Below are positions 17,977 through 27,355 of a stretch of 64,000 nucleotides of DNA, piece after piece. The stretch lies in the NCBI GenBank assembly GCA_963813535.1, contig CAWEZH010000002.1, forward strand, positions 1,280,001 to 1,344,000. The letters run 5' to 3'. A model generated the notes under the pieces. That model saw nothing but the letters and a program-made list of their open reading frames with translations, had not been told where the DNA came from and ran no database searches. The stretch's first letter is position 1, and each line of letters opens with the position of its first letter. The position numbers were made by a program, and so were the translations under genes. The stretch is from an uncultured Chloroflexia bacterium (GTDB lineage: Bacteria; Chloroflexota; Limnocylindria; Limnocylindrales; CSP1-4).

Positions 17977-19169
17977 TGCGGACCATCCTCACCACCATCT
18001 GGCGGCTGCTCGCCTTCGTCGGCAAGGAGCTCGTCGAGACCGTTCGGCGACCAGGCGCGATCGTGAGCCTCGTGGTCGGCCCATTCCTGATCATGGCCGT
18101 GTTCGGGCTGGGATTCAGCGGCATCCGGCGCCCGCTCGAAACGATCGTCGTGATCCCGCCAGCGAGCCAGCTCCCCGCCACCGAGGCCGACTACCAGGAA
18201 CTCGCCGGACCTGCCCTCCACATCGCCGGCGTCGTCGGGGATCGGACCGAGGCAGAGGCGAGCCTGCGAGCCGGTGACATCGACCTCGTGGTGGTCGCCC
18301 CCGAGGATCCCGAGGGCGCCTTCCGGGCGGGCGAGCGCTCGACGATCGAGATCCTGGTCGACGAGGTCGACCCCGTGGCCGAGAACTACGCCACCATCCT
18401 CGGCGGCGCCCTGGCGAATGCGGTGAACCGACAGATCATCGAGCAGGCCGTCGAGGAGGGTCAGGGCTACGCGGTCCAGGCCGGCGAGGAGGCGGTGGAG
18501 GCACTGTCACCGGAGGTGGTCGCCGCGCCGACCGAGGCCCGCCTTGCCAACCTCGCACCACAGAGCCCGACCGTCACGTCGTACTTCGGACCGGCCGTCC
18601 TCGCGCTGATCCTCCAACACCTCGCCGTGACCCTCGTCTCGATGTCGCTCGTGCGCGAACGCTCCAGCGGTGTGATGGAACTGTTCCGGATCGCCCCGGT
18701 CACCGCCTCCGAGGTGCTCGCGGGCAAGGTGCTGGCCTTCGGCCTGCTCGGTTTCGTGGTCGCCGGACTGACGATCGTGCTGATGGTGACTTTCCTTGGC
18801 GTGCCGTCACTGGCCGATCCGGGGGCGCTCGCAGGGGTCGTGGGTCTGCTGCTCCTGGCGTCTCTCGGGTTCGGGCTGCTGATCGCCGTCGTCTCCGACT
18901 CGGAGCGGCAAGCCGTGCAGCTGTCCCTGCTGGTGCTGCTCGCCTCGGTGTTCTTCAGCGGCTTCGTCCTGGCCATCGACCAGTTCACGCCACCCGTGCG
19001 CGCGCTCGCGTATGCGCTACCGGTGACCCACGGGATCCAGCTGCTGCAGGACGTGATGCTGCGCGGGTCGACGAACAACCTATGGCAGGCCGGCGCGCTC
19101 GGCGTGATCGCCGCGGTGACGCTGATCGCGGCCTGGCTCCTGTTGCGCCGCAATATGCGAACGGCCTAG
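17976..19169 (+). CDS. ABC-2 type transporter permease
   Basis: N-terminal TM, extracytoplasmic loop, VRERSSG, multiple TMs, LPVTH. Confidence 0.9.
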   Translation: MRTILTTIWRLLAFVGKELVETVRRPGAIVSLVVGPFLIMAVFGLGFSGIRRPLETIVVIPPASQLPATEADYQELAGPALHIAGVVGDRTEAEASLRAGDIDLVVVAPEDPEGAFRAGERSTIEILVDEVDPVAENYATILGGALANAVNRQIIEQAVEEGQGYAVQAGEEAVEALSPEVVAAPTEARLANLAPQSPTVTSYFGPAVLALILQHLAVTLVSMSLVRERSSGVMELFRIAPVTASEVLAGKVLAFGLLGFVVAGLTIVLMVTFLGVPSLADPGALAGVVGLLLLASLGFGLLIAVVSDSERQAVQLSLLVLLASVFFSGFVLAIDQFTPPVRALAYALPVTHGIQLLQDVMLRGSTNNLWQAGALGVIAAVTLIAAWLLLRRNMRTA

Positions 19170-19183
19170 TAGCTCCGCAGCGC

Positions 19184-19249
19184 TGCCACGGGCCTGCAAC
19201 GCCCGCTCGCGCGATGCGCGCCAAGCCGTTGCGGCCTCACTGCCACCCT
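19184..19249 (+). promoter_or_regulatory. Direct-repeat operator + 44 nt + -10 element
   Basis: TGCCA-CGGGCC-TGCAA-N44-CACCCT. Confidence 0.62.
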
Positions 19250-19281
19250 GTGATCAGCGACCTCCCGCATGGAGAAGCCCG

Positions 19282-19467
19282 ATGACCGACGAACGAACCA
19301 ACGAGTTCCCGGGGACGCATACGGATGACGACGAGACGGGCGACGACGCCAGGGACGCCGTCGACCGCGAGCCGCAGCCCGACAAGGATGAGCCGAACCC
19401 GCTGCTGCGCGAGGGCGCGAGCGCCCCGGACGCCGCGGACATCGAGGACCCTGACGAGCAGCTGTGA
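19282..19467 (+). CDS. 61-aa acidic, probably disordered small protein
   Basis: GGAG RBS; D/E-rich; has its own candidate promoter. Confidence 0.7.
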   Translation: MTDERTNEFPGTHTDDDETGDDARDAVDREPQPDKDEPNPLLREGASAPDAADIEDPDEQL

Positions 19468-19492
19468 GAGCGGCGGCCTCGACGTCGCAGCG

Positions 19493-20623
19493 TCAGGCGG
19501 GGACTTCGGCCGCTCCGGTCGGCTCGATCTGGGGCTCCGCGATGATCGGGACCGTGACGCGACGGCGCGGCGACGACTCGTTGCCGAGCATCTCGCGGTA
19601 GATCGCCTCATAACCGTCGGTCATCCGCTCCACCGAGAACCGCTCGATGACCGAATCCCGGATCGCCTGGCGATCAAGATCGGCGACGCGGTCGACGCGG
19701 AACGCCATGGCGCGCACGTCGTCTCCGAAGAAGCCATCGACACCATCGCGAACGAGCTCCGGTAGTGCGCCCGTCGGCCGCGCGATGACCGGGGTGCCGC
19801 AGGCCAGTGCCTCGATGGCGACGAGACCGAACGGCTCCGGCCACGACCCGGGCATCAGCGCCGCGTAGCTCTCGGCGAAGAGCTGGTCCCGATCGGCCTG
19901 CGAGATCTCGCCCACGTACTCCACAGAGTCGCCGGCGGCCTTGAGGGCCGGATGGAAGACCTCATCGTAGTATTCGCGCTCGATGCCGCCGGCGGCGACC
20001 TTGGCGGCGATCTTCAGGCGACGCCCAGCCGCCTGGGCGATCTCGATCGACTCGACGATCCCCTTCTCGGGAGCGACCCGCCCGACGAAGCACAGCGCGT
20101 CCGAGCGCGCCTTGCCGAACGGCGACTCAGCGAGTCGAAGCCCGTTGTATACGACGCCCGCCCATGGGATGTCTGGATGGGTCGACGCCTGGTTCTGGCT
20201 GATGGCCACGAGCCCCTGTGGCGGATCCGCCAACAGCTCCTCGGCCCATGGCAGATCGAGACGACCGTGGAATGTGGACACGACCGGCACCGGCGAGATC
20301 CGCGCCAGCAGCAAGCTCATCCACTCGAGGTGACTGTGGATCAGGTCGAACTCGCGCACGTGAGCGAGGACCGCGTGCAACGTCTGCTGAAAGTACGGCA
20401 ACGAGTCACCCGTGTAGCCGATCGGCCGCAGGGCATTCGGGACCGTCTCGATGTGGCGCCCGGGCACGATCGAATCGCCGCTGGCGAACGTCGTGACGGC
20501 GTGTCCGCGCCGGTCGAGCTCGGTGACGAGGCCGTGCACGATCCTCTCCGTCCCGCCGTACGCGGCGGGCGGGACACGTTCGAACGGTGGTGCGACCTGG
20601 GCGATCCGAAGGGGAACTGACAA
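19493..20623 (-). CDS. Glycosyltransferase family 4
   Basis: RIAQVAP..YGGTERIV; EPFGLVAIEALACGTPVIA; TTG start after GGAG. Confidence 0.92.
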   Translation of the reverse strand: MSVPLRIAQVAPPFERVPPAAYGGTERIVHGLVTELDRRGHAVTTFASGDSIVPGRHIETVPNALRPIGYTGDSLPYFQQTLHAVLAHVREFDLIHSHLEWMSLLLARISPVPVVSTFHGRLDLPWAEELLADPPQGLVAISQNQASTHPDIPWAGVVYNGLRLAESPFGKARSDALCFVGRVAPEKGIVESIEIAQAAGRRLKIAAKVAAGGIEREYYDEVFHPALKAAGDSVEYVGEISQADRDQLFAESYAALMPGSWPEPFGLVAIEALACGTPVIARPTGALPELVRDGVDGFFGDDVRAMAFRVDRVADLDRQAIRDSVIERFSVERMTDGYEAIYREMLGNESSPRRRVTVPIIAEPQIEPTGAAEVPA

Positions 20624-20716
20624 CGGTGGCTCCGAAAAACGAGGTTGACCGCGAACCCCTCGAGGGAGCCCGCGGTCATAGTGTCTCACTCCCGGTCCGA
20701 CCGGGAGTCCTAGGCG

Positions 20717-21163
20717 TTAGCGATCGGGATCGAGATCCGGCCGACGGCCTTCCTTGAGGTCCTCTTCGGTCTTGTCGCCGACGCCGGCGCCACCGGCAGC
20801 GCCGACCGCACCGCCAACGACCGCGCCGGGAGGCCCGGCCACCGCGGCACCGATGGCGGCGCCGGCGGCACCTCCGCCCAGTGCGCCGGTCCCGGAACCC
20901 GTCTCGTCGTCGCCTTCCGCGGCCTCACCGGCGACGGCACCACCGACCGCGCCGATCGCGCCACCGACGACGGCACCCGGAGGGCCGCCGACCGCCGCGC
21001 CGACCGCCGCACCCGCGAGGGCCCCGCCACCAGCGCCGAGCGCTTCGGCACCAACCTCGTCGTCGTCGTCGACGGCATCACGGCGATCCATCGCCTCCCT
21101 GTCGAGGGTGGGGTCGAGCGGGTCGACGTCACCATCGATGCGGTCCCTGTCAGTCCTATCCAT
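20717..21163 (-). CDS. Glycine-zipper repeat protein with acidic termini
   Basis: Two GAAVGAAVGGPPGAVVGGAIGA units; AAGGAGG RBS. Confidence 0.8.
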   Translation of the reverse strand: MDRTDRDRIDGDVDPLDPTLDREAMDRRDAVDDDDEVGAEALGAGGGALAGAAVGAAVGGPPGAVVGGAIGAVGGAVAGEAAEGDDETGSGTGALGGGAAGAAIGAAVAGPPGAVVGGAVGAAGGAGVGDKTEEDLKEGRRPDLDPDR

Positions 21164-21198
21164 CGTCGATCGGCCTCCTTGACCTGGGGGTCCAGCGG

Positions 21199-21264
21199 AC
21201 CGTACGGGACCGTTCCACGGCCGGATGTCATCGCCACTGGGTGCGGTGTATCACCCGGATATCA
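21199..21264 (-). promoter_or_regulatory. Direct-repeat operator + 44 nt + -10 element
   Basis: Minus strand reads TGATA-TCCGGG-TGATA-N44-TACGGT. Confidence 0.72.
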
Positions 21265-21374
21265 GCGGTCCGTGTGTGCTTCACGAGCGGTGTCACCTGT
21301 CACCGTCGAGCCGGCCTCGGACCGGCGTGGGTCATACTTCCTGCCGACCTCGTGGACCCGCAGGGAGGAGCGCG

Positions 21375-23030
21375 TTGACGGACCACGAACCGGGAACGGC
21401 AGCCACAGCTTCAGGCCGCGCCAAGGGCGAGATCGCGCGGACGCGCGACGTTCGCCTCGAGACCGGGCAGGCCATCCTCGCCGGTCTGTTCATCGCGTGG
21501 CTTGCGATCGCGACGAAGGCGGCGATCAACGAGGCAGTCGGGGCCAACTCCTATTACGTGATCCTGATGGCCGCGGCCGTGCTCGCGGCCTGGTTCGGCG
21601 GGCTCTCCGGCGGCATCACCGCAGTCGTCGCGACGGTCGTCCTGAACCAGGTCATCTTCGTCGGCAGAGAGAGCGCCCCGAATGCCGCCCAGTTCCTGCA
21701 GGCGCTCTACCTCGTCACTGCGACGGCGACGGTCCTCCTGGTGGCATCGCGCCGTGCCGCCACCGATCGCCTGGCAGATGCGCTGGCGGAGGTTGCGGCT
21801 CTGGCGGAGGAGGTCGAGGCGCGGGACGCCCGGCTCGAGCTGATGCTGTCGGCGTCCGGCACAGGCTTCTGGGAATGGGACATCGACACCGGTGTGCTGA
21901 CCTGGTCCGAGGCCATCTTCCGACAGCACGGCCTCGAGCCCGGTCCCGAGGCGCCGGAGTTCGCCGCCTACCTGGACATGATCCATCCGGACGACCGCGG
22001 GACGTTCGAGAGTGCCATCGCTTCAGCGCTCGACGATGTCGGCGGCTTCTCACTCGATTTCCGCGTCGTCTGGCCCGACGGCTCGATCCACTGGACCCAT
22101 GGCGCCGGCAGGATCTTCAAGGACGATGCGGGGCGGCCGATCCGGATGATCGGCACCGGCCAGGACATCACCGACCGTCGACGGATCTCCGACGAGCGCG
22201 ACCGACTCCTTGACGACGAGCGACGGGCCGGGGCATTCCGCGAGGCCTTCGTTGACGTCATCAGCCATGAGCTTCGAACGCCGATCACGACGATCATGGG
22301 GCTCGCCCAGATCCTGGCTCGGCCCGGACGCACCGATGACGAGGCGTCGCGGATGGCGCTCCTCGAGGACGTCCGCTCCGAATCGGAGCGATTGCATCGA
22401 CTCGTGGAGGATCTGGTCGTTCTCAGCCGCGTCGAACGCGGGCGCCTCGAGGTGGAGGCCGAGCCCATCGAAGCGCGCCGGCTCATCGACCGCATCGTCA
22501 CGCAGGAAGCGCGCGAGCTTCCGACCATCACGGTGGAGACGGATCTCGACCTCGACCTGCCGATCGTCGCGGGCGAGACCACCTATGTCGAGCAGATCGT
22601 GCGCAACCTGTTGAACAACGCCGCGAAGTACACGCCGGCGGGAACGCGGGTCGTGGTGTCGGCGAAGAAAGCCGACGGCGCCGTCGAGATCCGGGTGAGC
22701 GACGAAGGGCCGGGCATCCCGCGCTCCTCGCTCGATCGGATCTTCGAGCTCTTCTACCGGGACCCGACCAGCTCGCGCATCGTGGCCGGCTCGGGCATCG
22801 GCCTCTTCGTCTGCGCCAGCCTGGTCGAGGCGATGGGCGGGCGGATCTGGGCGCGGCGGCCGGAGGGAGGCGGCACGGAAATCGGCTTCGCCTTGCGGGT
22901 CCTCGAGCCGGATCCGTCGGACGACCATGATTGGGTGGCGGCCAAGCCACCGACCGCGACGCTGAGTGCGCCACTGGCGGCCCCGGATCCGACACCGGCC
23001 CTCAGCGAGGGAACGACCCAGGCCACCTGA
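21375..23030 (+). CDS. Membrane (DUF4118-like) PAS sensor histidine kinase
   Basis: Four TMs, PAS_3 (GFWEWD..IHPDDR..DGSIHW), SHELRTP, NLLNNAAKY; TTG start after GGAGGAG. Confidence 0.92.
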   Translation: MTDHEPGTAATASGRAKGEIARTRDVRLETGQAILAGLFIAWLAIATKAAINEAVGANSYYVILMAAAVLAAWFGGLSGGITAVVATVVLNQVIFVGRESAPNAAQFLQALYLVTATATVLLVASRRAATDRLADALAEVAALAEEVEARDARLELMLSASGTGFWEWDIDTGVLTWSEAIFRQHGLEPGPEAPEFAAYLDMIHPDDRGTFESAIASALDDVGGFSLDFRVVWPDGSIHWTHGAGRIFKDDAGRPIRMIGTGQDITDRRRISDERDRLLDDERRAGAFREAFVDVISHELRTPITTIMGLAQILARPGRTDDEASRMALLEDVRSESERLHRLVEDLVVLSRVERGRLEVEAEPIEARRLIDRIVTQEARELPTITVETDLDLDLPIVAGETTYVEQIVRNLLNNAAKYTPAGTRVVVSAKKADGAVEIRVSDEGPGIPRSSLDRIFELFYRDPTSSRIVAGSGIGLFVCASLVEAMGGRIWARRPEGGGTEIGFALRVLEPDPSDDHDWVAAKPPTATLSAPLAAPDPTPALSEGTTQAT

Positions 23031-23045
23031 GTCCGTCGCCGGCGG

Positions 23046-25736
23046 TCAGAGAGCGGCCGGGTCGACCTTGTCGGGATCGAGACCGAGATCACGCACCGCC
23101 TTCGCGGCCTTGGCCGGCGGGAGCGCCCCGCAGCGCGCAAGGGCGACCATGGTCGCGGCGGCGATGTGCTTCGGGTCGATCTCGAACAGCGCACGCAGGT
23201 CTTCGCGGGTGCCGCTGCGACCGAAGCCATCGGTGCCGAGCGAGAGGTAGTGATCCGGTAGCCAGCGCGCGACCATGTCCGGCAGAGCCTTCAGCCAGTC
23301 GGTCGCAACGACGATCGGGCCACCCTCGAACGGCAGGATCTGGCTGACGTACGGAACGCGCGGCTTGCGCGCGTCGGGGTGGAAGCGGTTCCACCGTTCA
23401 GCCTCGAGCGCCTCCCGTCGGAGGAGCGGGAATGACGGCGCGCTGAAGATCTCGGCCGCGACGCCGAACCGCTCGGCCAGCAGGTCGCGCGCAGCGATGG
23501 ACTGCTCGAGGATGGCTCCCGACCCGACCAATCGCGCCAGATGGGCGTCCTTGCCGATCGAGGGTGCCTCGGCGAAGCGGTACAGGCCGCGCAGGATCTG
23601 CTCGTCCGTCAGGCCCTCGGGTCGCGCCGGCTGCTTGTAGTTCTCGTTGTGGATGGTGATGTAGTAGAAGACGTCCTCGGGCTTCGCGCCGTACATCCGC
23701 TCGATGCCGTCGCGCACGATCGCTGCCAGCTCGTAGGCGTACGCCGGGTCGTAGCCGCGCACATTCGGGATATTCGCTGCGAGCAGGTGCGAGTGCCCGT
23801 CATCGTGCTGCAGTCCCTCGCCGGCGAGAGTCGTCCGTCCGGATGTCGCGCCCATCAGGAAGCCGCGGCCACGTGCATCGCCGAACTGCCACATCTGGTC
23901 GCCGGTCCGCTGGAAGCCGAACATCGAGTAGAAGATGTAGAACGGGATCATCGAGAGACCGTGCGTGGCATATGACGTGCCGGCCGCCTGGAACGACGCC
24001 ATCGAGCCGGCTTCGGTGATGCCCTCCTCGAGGACCTGCCCGTCGGTCGCCTCGCGATACGACAGCACCAGGTCGGAGTCGACCGGCTCGTAGCGCTGAC
24101 CCAGCGCGGCGTAGATCCCGACCTCCTTGAACAACGGGTCCATCCCGAACGTGCGCGCTTCGTCGGGGATGATCGGCACGATGCGCGGACCGAGCTCCTT
24201 GTCGCGGATCAGGTTCCGCAGGATGCGGCTGAAGACCATCGTCGTCGAGACCGGCGTCTGGCTGCCGCCCTCGAACTCGGCGTCGACCTCGGGCGCTGGA
24301 GCTGGCAGTGGCTTCGAGCGGACGACTCGCTTGGGGATCTCGCCGCCGAGTGCCACGCGTCGTTCGCGCAGGTACTGGACTTCCTCGGAGTCGGGGCCGG
24401 GGTGGTAGTACGGCGCGTCCTTGAGCTTGTCGTCCGGGATCGGGAGCTGGAGTCGATCGCGGAAGACCGTCAGCTCCTTCTCCGATAGCTTCTTGGCCTG
24501 GTGGGTGATGTTGCGGGCCTCGACGCCCGGACCGAGCGTCCACCCCTTCACGGTCTTGGCGAGGATGACCGTCGGGGCGCCCTTGAACTCCACCGCGGCC
24601 TTGTAGGCGGCGTACAGCTTCCGGTAGTCGTGACCGCCTCGGCGCAGCTTGGCAAGGTCGTCGTCGGAGAGGTGCTCGACGAGCTTCCGCAGCCGCTGGT
24701 CGGGGCCGAAGAAGTGCTCGCGGATGTAGCCACCGCCGGCGACGCTGAACTTCTGGAACTCTCCGTCGAGTGTGTCGTTCATCTGCTGGACGAGGACCCC
24801 GTCCACGTCGCGCGCAAGCAACTCGTCCCACTCGCGGGCCCAGATGACCTTGATGACGTTCCAGCCGGAGCCTCGGAAGACCGCCTCGAGCTCCTGGATG
24901 ATCTTGCCGTTGCCACGAACCGGCCCGTCGAGTCGCTGCAGGTTGCAGTTGACGACGAAGGTCAGGTTGTCGAGCCCTTCGCGAGCGGCGACATGGAGCG
25001 CGCCGAGCGACTCCGGCTCGTCCGTCTCGCCGTCGCCGAGGAAGGCCCACACGCGCGAACCCGACGTATCGAGCAGGCCGCGGTTCTGGAGATACCGATT
25101 GAAGCGAGCCTGGTAGATCGCACTGATCGGCCCGAGACCCATCGAGACCGTCGGGTATTCCCAGAAGTCGGGCATCAGACGGGGATGCGGATAGGAGCTG
25201 AGCCCCACGCCCGGCTTGCCCTCACGGCGGAAGTGGTCCAGCTGGCTCTCGCTCAGGCGTCCCTCCAGGAACGCGCGGGCATAGATGCCGGGGGCCGCGT
25301 GACCCTGGTAGAAGATCTGGTCGCCCGCCGCGCCGTCGTCCTTGCCACGGAAGAAATGGTTGAACCCGACCTCGTACAGGCTGGCCGAGCTGGCATACGT
25401 GGACAGGTGACCGCCGATGCCCGCGAACTGGTTGTTCGCGCGAAGCACCATCGCGACCGCGTTCCAGCGCACGATGCGACGGATGCGAAGTTCCATCGCC
25501 TCGTCGCCCGGGAAGGCCGGTTCCTGCTCCGGGCTGATGGTGTTGATGTAGCGCGTCTGCGTCAGCGGCGGCAGACCGATCTGCAACTGCCGGGCGCGCT
25601 TGAGCAACTTGTAGACGAGGAACCTGGCGCGGGTCTCACCCTCCTGCTCGACCACCTGGTCGAGCGACGTCATCCAGTCCTCGGTCTCCGCGGGGTCGAT
25701 GTCGGGCAGCTGGTGCTTGAACTCGTCGAAATACAT
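23046..25736 (-). CDS. aceE: Pyruvate dehydrogenase E1, homodimeric type
   Basis: YINTISPEQEP, GGHLSTYAS, SSYPHP, GDGETDEPES, GEGLQHDDG. Confidence 0.96.
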   Translation of the reverse strand: MYFDEFKHQLPDIDPAETEDWMTSLDQVVEQEGETRARFLVYKLLKRARQLQIGLPPLTQTRYINTISPEQEPAFPGDEAMELRIRRIVRWNAVAMVLRANNQFAGIGGHLSTYASSASLYEVGFNHFFRGKDDGAAGDQIFYQGHAAPGIYARAFLEGRLSESQLDHFRREGKPGVGLSSYPHPRLMPDFWEYPTVSMGLGPISAIYQARFNRYLQNRGLLDTSGSRVWAFLGDGETDEPESLGALHVAAREGLDNLTFVVNCNLQRLDGPVRGNGKIIQELEAVFRGSGWNVIKVIWAREWDELLARDVDGVLVQQMNDTLDGEFQKFSVAGGGYIREHFFGPDQRLRKLVEHLSDDDLAKLRRGGHDYRKLYAAYKAAVEFKGAPTVILAKTVKGWTLGPGVEARNITHQAKKLSEKELTVFRDRLQLPIPDDKLKDAPYYHPGPDSEEVQYLRERRVALGGEIPKRVVRSKPLPAPAPEVDAEFEGGSQTPVSTTMVFSRILRNLIRDKELGPRIVPIIPDEARTFGMDPLFKEVGIYAALGQRYEPVDSDLVLSYREATDGQVLEEGITEAGSMASFQAAGTSYATHGLSMIPFYIFYSMFGFQRTGDQMWQFGDARGRGFLMGATSGRTTLAGEGLQHDDGHSHLLAANIPNVRGYDPAYAYELAAIVRDGIERMYGAKPEDVFYYITIHNENYKQPARPEGLTDEQILRGLYRFAEAPSIGKDAHLARLVGSGAILEQSIAARDLLAERFGVAAEIFSAPSFPLLRREALEAERWNRFHPDARKPRVPYVSQILPFEGGPIVVATDWLKALPDMVARWLPDHYLSLGTDGFGRSGTREDLRALFEIDPKHIAAATMVALARCGALPPAKAAKAVRDLGLDPDKVDPAAL

Positions 25737-25789
25737 GCTCGTGTCTATCGTAGGGCGCTCCGTCCTCGGGCGGAGGTTGCGGGTGGGAA

Positions 25790-26179
25790 CTACTCCGTTT
25801 CGAGACCCTCCTGCGCCACGCCCTCCAGGCGGAGGGTGGTGTCGAGGATCTCGTCGCGGACCATCGACCGAGTCGACGGATCGCCCGCGTACTTGCGCTC
25901 CAACGCGGCCGAGGTTCGGGCGGTGGATCCGGGATCGTGGGCCGGGATCGCCCGTGCGGGTATCCGCCGCTTGCCGACGTGGATCGCGATCTCGGGGTTC
26001 GCCACCGCCTCCCGATACCACCTAGCCGTCGGACCACGCCAGGATCGGACGAACACATCGTCGCCGTCGACGACGGCCCAGATGGTCGTCCGATGGATCG
26101 GACCAGCGCCGCGGGACGTCTCGATGCGGACGGTCTTCGCCCGGTCGATGAGGTCCAGGTCGTCCTTCGTCATGGCCAT
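25790..26179 (-). CDS. DUF2255 family (split beta-barrel-like) protein
   Basis: TTIWAVVDGDDVFVRSWRG..WYR..KY. Confidence 0.75.
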   Translation of the reverse strand: MAMTKDDLDLIDRAKTVRIETSRGAGPIHRTTIWAVVDGDDVFVRSWRGPTARWYREAVANPEIAIHVGKRRIPARAIPAHDPGSTARTSAALERKYAGDPSTRSMVRDEILDTTLRLEGVAQEGLETE

Positions 26180-26248
26180 GGCTGCAGGGTAGCGGCGCCC
26201 GATGGCACGTGTCGCTGGGCTCGTCGCGGTCTGCGCGAGCGGCCGTCC

Positions 26249-26315
26249 TGTAATGCCGATGTATCGGTTTTGCAATGTCGGTCGGCCATCGGCGGCAGGG
26301 GTCGGCCGGGATGCT
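26249..26315 (+). promoter_or_regulatory. Triple direct-repeat operator upstream of the small gene and response regulator
   Basis: TGTAA-N6-TGTAT-N6-TGCAA; GATGCT at 26310. Confidence 0.65.
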
Positions 26316-26339
26316 GGCCTCCTAGGAGGTTCGACAGAC

Positions 26340-26531
26340 ATGACCGATCATCACGACACCGTGGTCGTCAAGGACGGCGGCTCCAACACCGGGGTGATCC
26401 TCGGGATCATCGCGATCATCATCGTGCTCGCCCTCGGGTGGTATTTTCTGATGGGCCCTGGCGCGGGTTCCACCAGCCAGCCCAGCGACGTCAACGTCAA
26501 CGTCGAGCTGCCGAGCGTCGCGCCGTCCTGA
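26340..26531 (+). CDS. 63-aa single-TM small protein
   Basis: AGGAGG RBS; TM GVILGIIAIIIVLALGWYFL. Confidence 0.8.
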   Translation: MTDHHDTVVVKDGGSNTGVILGIIAIIIVLALGWYFLMGPGAGSTSQPSDVNVNVELPSVAPS

Positions 26532-26590
26532 GCGACGGTCCGCTGACGTTCGGACGCCTCGTCCGGCACCATTGACCCAGGAGGTGCCAT

Positions 26591-27346
26591 GTGAGTACCC
26601 AACCCCTCGTTCTCGTCGCCGACGACGAGCCTCGCATCACGAAGCTTGTTTCGATCGCGCTCGGCGAGGAAGGGTTCCGCGTCGTGACCGCGAGTGGTGG
26701 TGAGGACGCCCTCCAGAAAGCCGAGGAGGTTCGGCCCGATATCGTCCTCCTCGACATCGTCATGCCCGACCTCGACGGGATCGAGGTCATGCGCCAGCTG
26801 CGCGAGCGTCGGCCCGTGGCGGTCATCCTGCTGACGGCCAAGGGCTCGACCGCCGACAAGGCCAAGGGCCTCGACCTCGGCGCCGACGACTACATCGCCA
26901 AGCCGTTCCACCCCGACGAGCTCGCGGCACGCGTGCGTGCGGTGCTGCGCCGATCATCGGGCGCCAGCCCGGGCTCGGGCGTGCTCGCGTTCGACGACAT
27001 CGAGATCGACCTCGAGCGGCGGATGGTGACCCGCAACGGGGAACTGGTGCAGCTTTCCCGCACGGAATGGTTGCTGTTGCAGCACCTGGCCGCGAATGCC
27101 GGCAAGGTCGTCCTGCACACCGAGCTGCTCACCAAGGTGTGGGGCCCGGAGTACCGCGACGACCTGCAGTACCTGCGGGTCTGGGTGTCGCGCGTCCGCC
27201 GTAAGCTAGGCGCCGAGCCCGGCGAGCCGGGTCGGATCAAGACCTTCCAGGGCATCGGCTACTTGCTCGATGTCCAGCCGCCGACGCCACCCGAGACGGT
27301 CCAGGCGACACCGACCCAGGACGAGGAGTCCGCGCTCATCGGCTAG
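26591..27346 (+). CDS. OmpR/PhoB-family response regulator (KdpE-like)
   Basis: VADDE, LLDIVMPDLDG, GADDYIAKPF, VWGPEY..YLRVWVSRVRRKL..GIGY. Confidence 0.95.
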   Translation: MSTQPLVLVADDEPRITKLVSIALGEEGFRVVTASGGEDALQKAEEVRPDIVLLDIVMPDLDGIEVMRQLRERRPVAVILLTAKGSTADKAKGLDLGADDYIAKPFHPDELAARVRAVLRRSSGASPGSGVLAFDDIEIDLERRMVTRNGELVQLSRTEWLLLQHLAANAGKVVLHTELLTKVWGPEYRDDLQYLRVWVSRVRRKLGAEPGEPGRIKTFQGIGYLLDVQPPTPPETVQATPTQDEESALIG

Positions 27347-27355
27347 GCTCCATCG

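Noticed and set aside
20688-20708. Palindrome ACTCCCGGTC-C-GACCGGGAGT as a REP or operator
   Set aside because: It is a single copy directly after a stop codon with no T tract; it cannot be distinguished from a weak terminator
9196-21374. Regulon operator at the SIMPL (9195-), SRPBCC (13763), 14372, GT4 (20623-) and 21375 kinase promoters
   Set aside because: I checked 44 nt upstream of candidate -10 boxes and found no convincing repeat, so these genes are not counted as direct members
23800-26192. Long alternate-frame or antisense ORFs (e.g. 24501..26192, 28133..30040, 40946..42844, and the N-terminal part of 34631..36994)
   Set aside because: These are shadows of real genes caused by high GC3 and scarce stop codons; they have Arg/Pro/Gly-rich composition and no motifs
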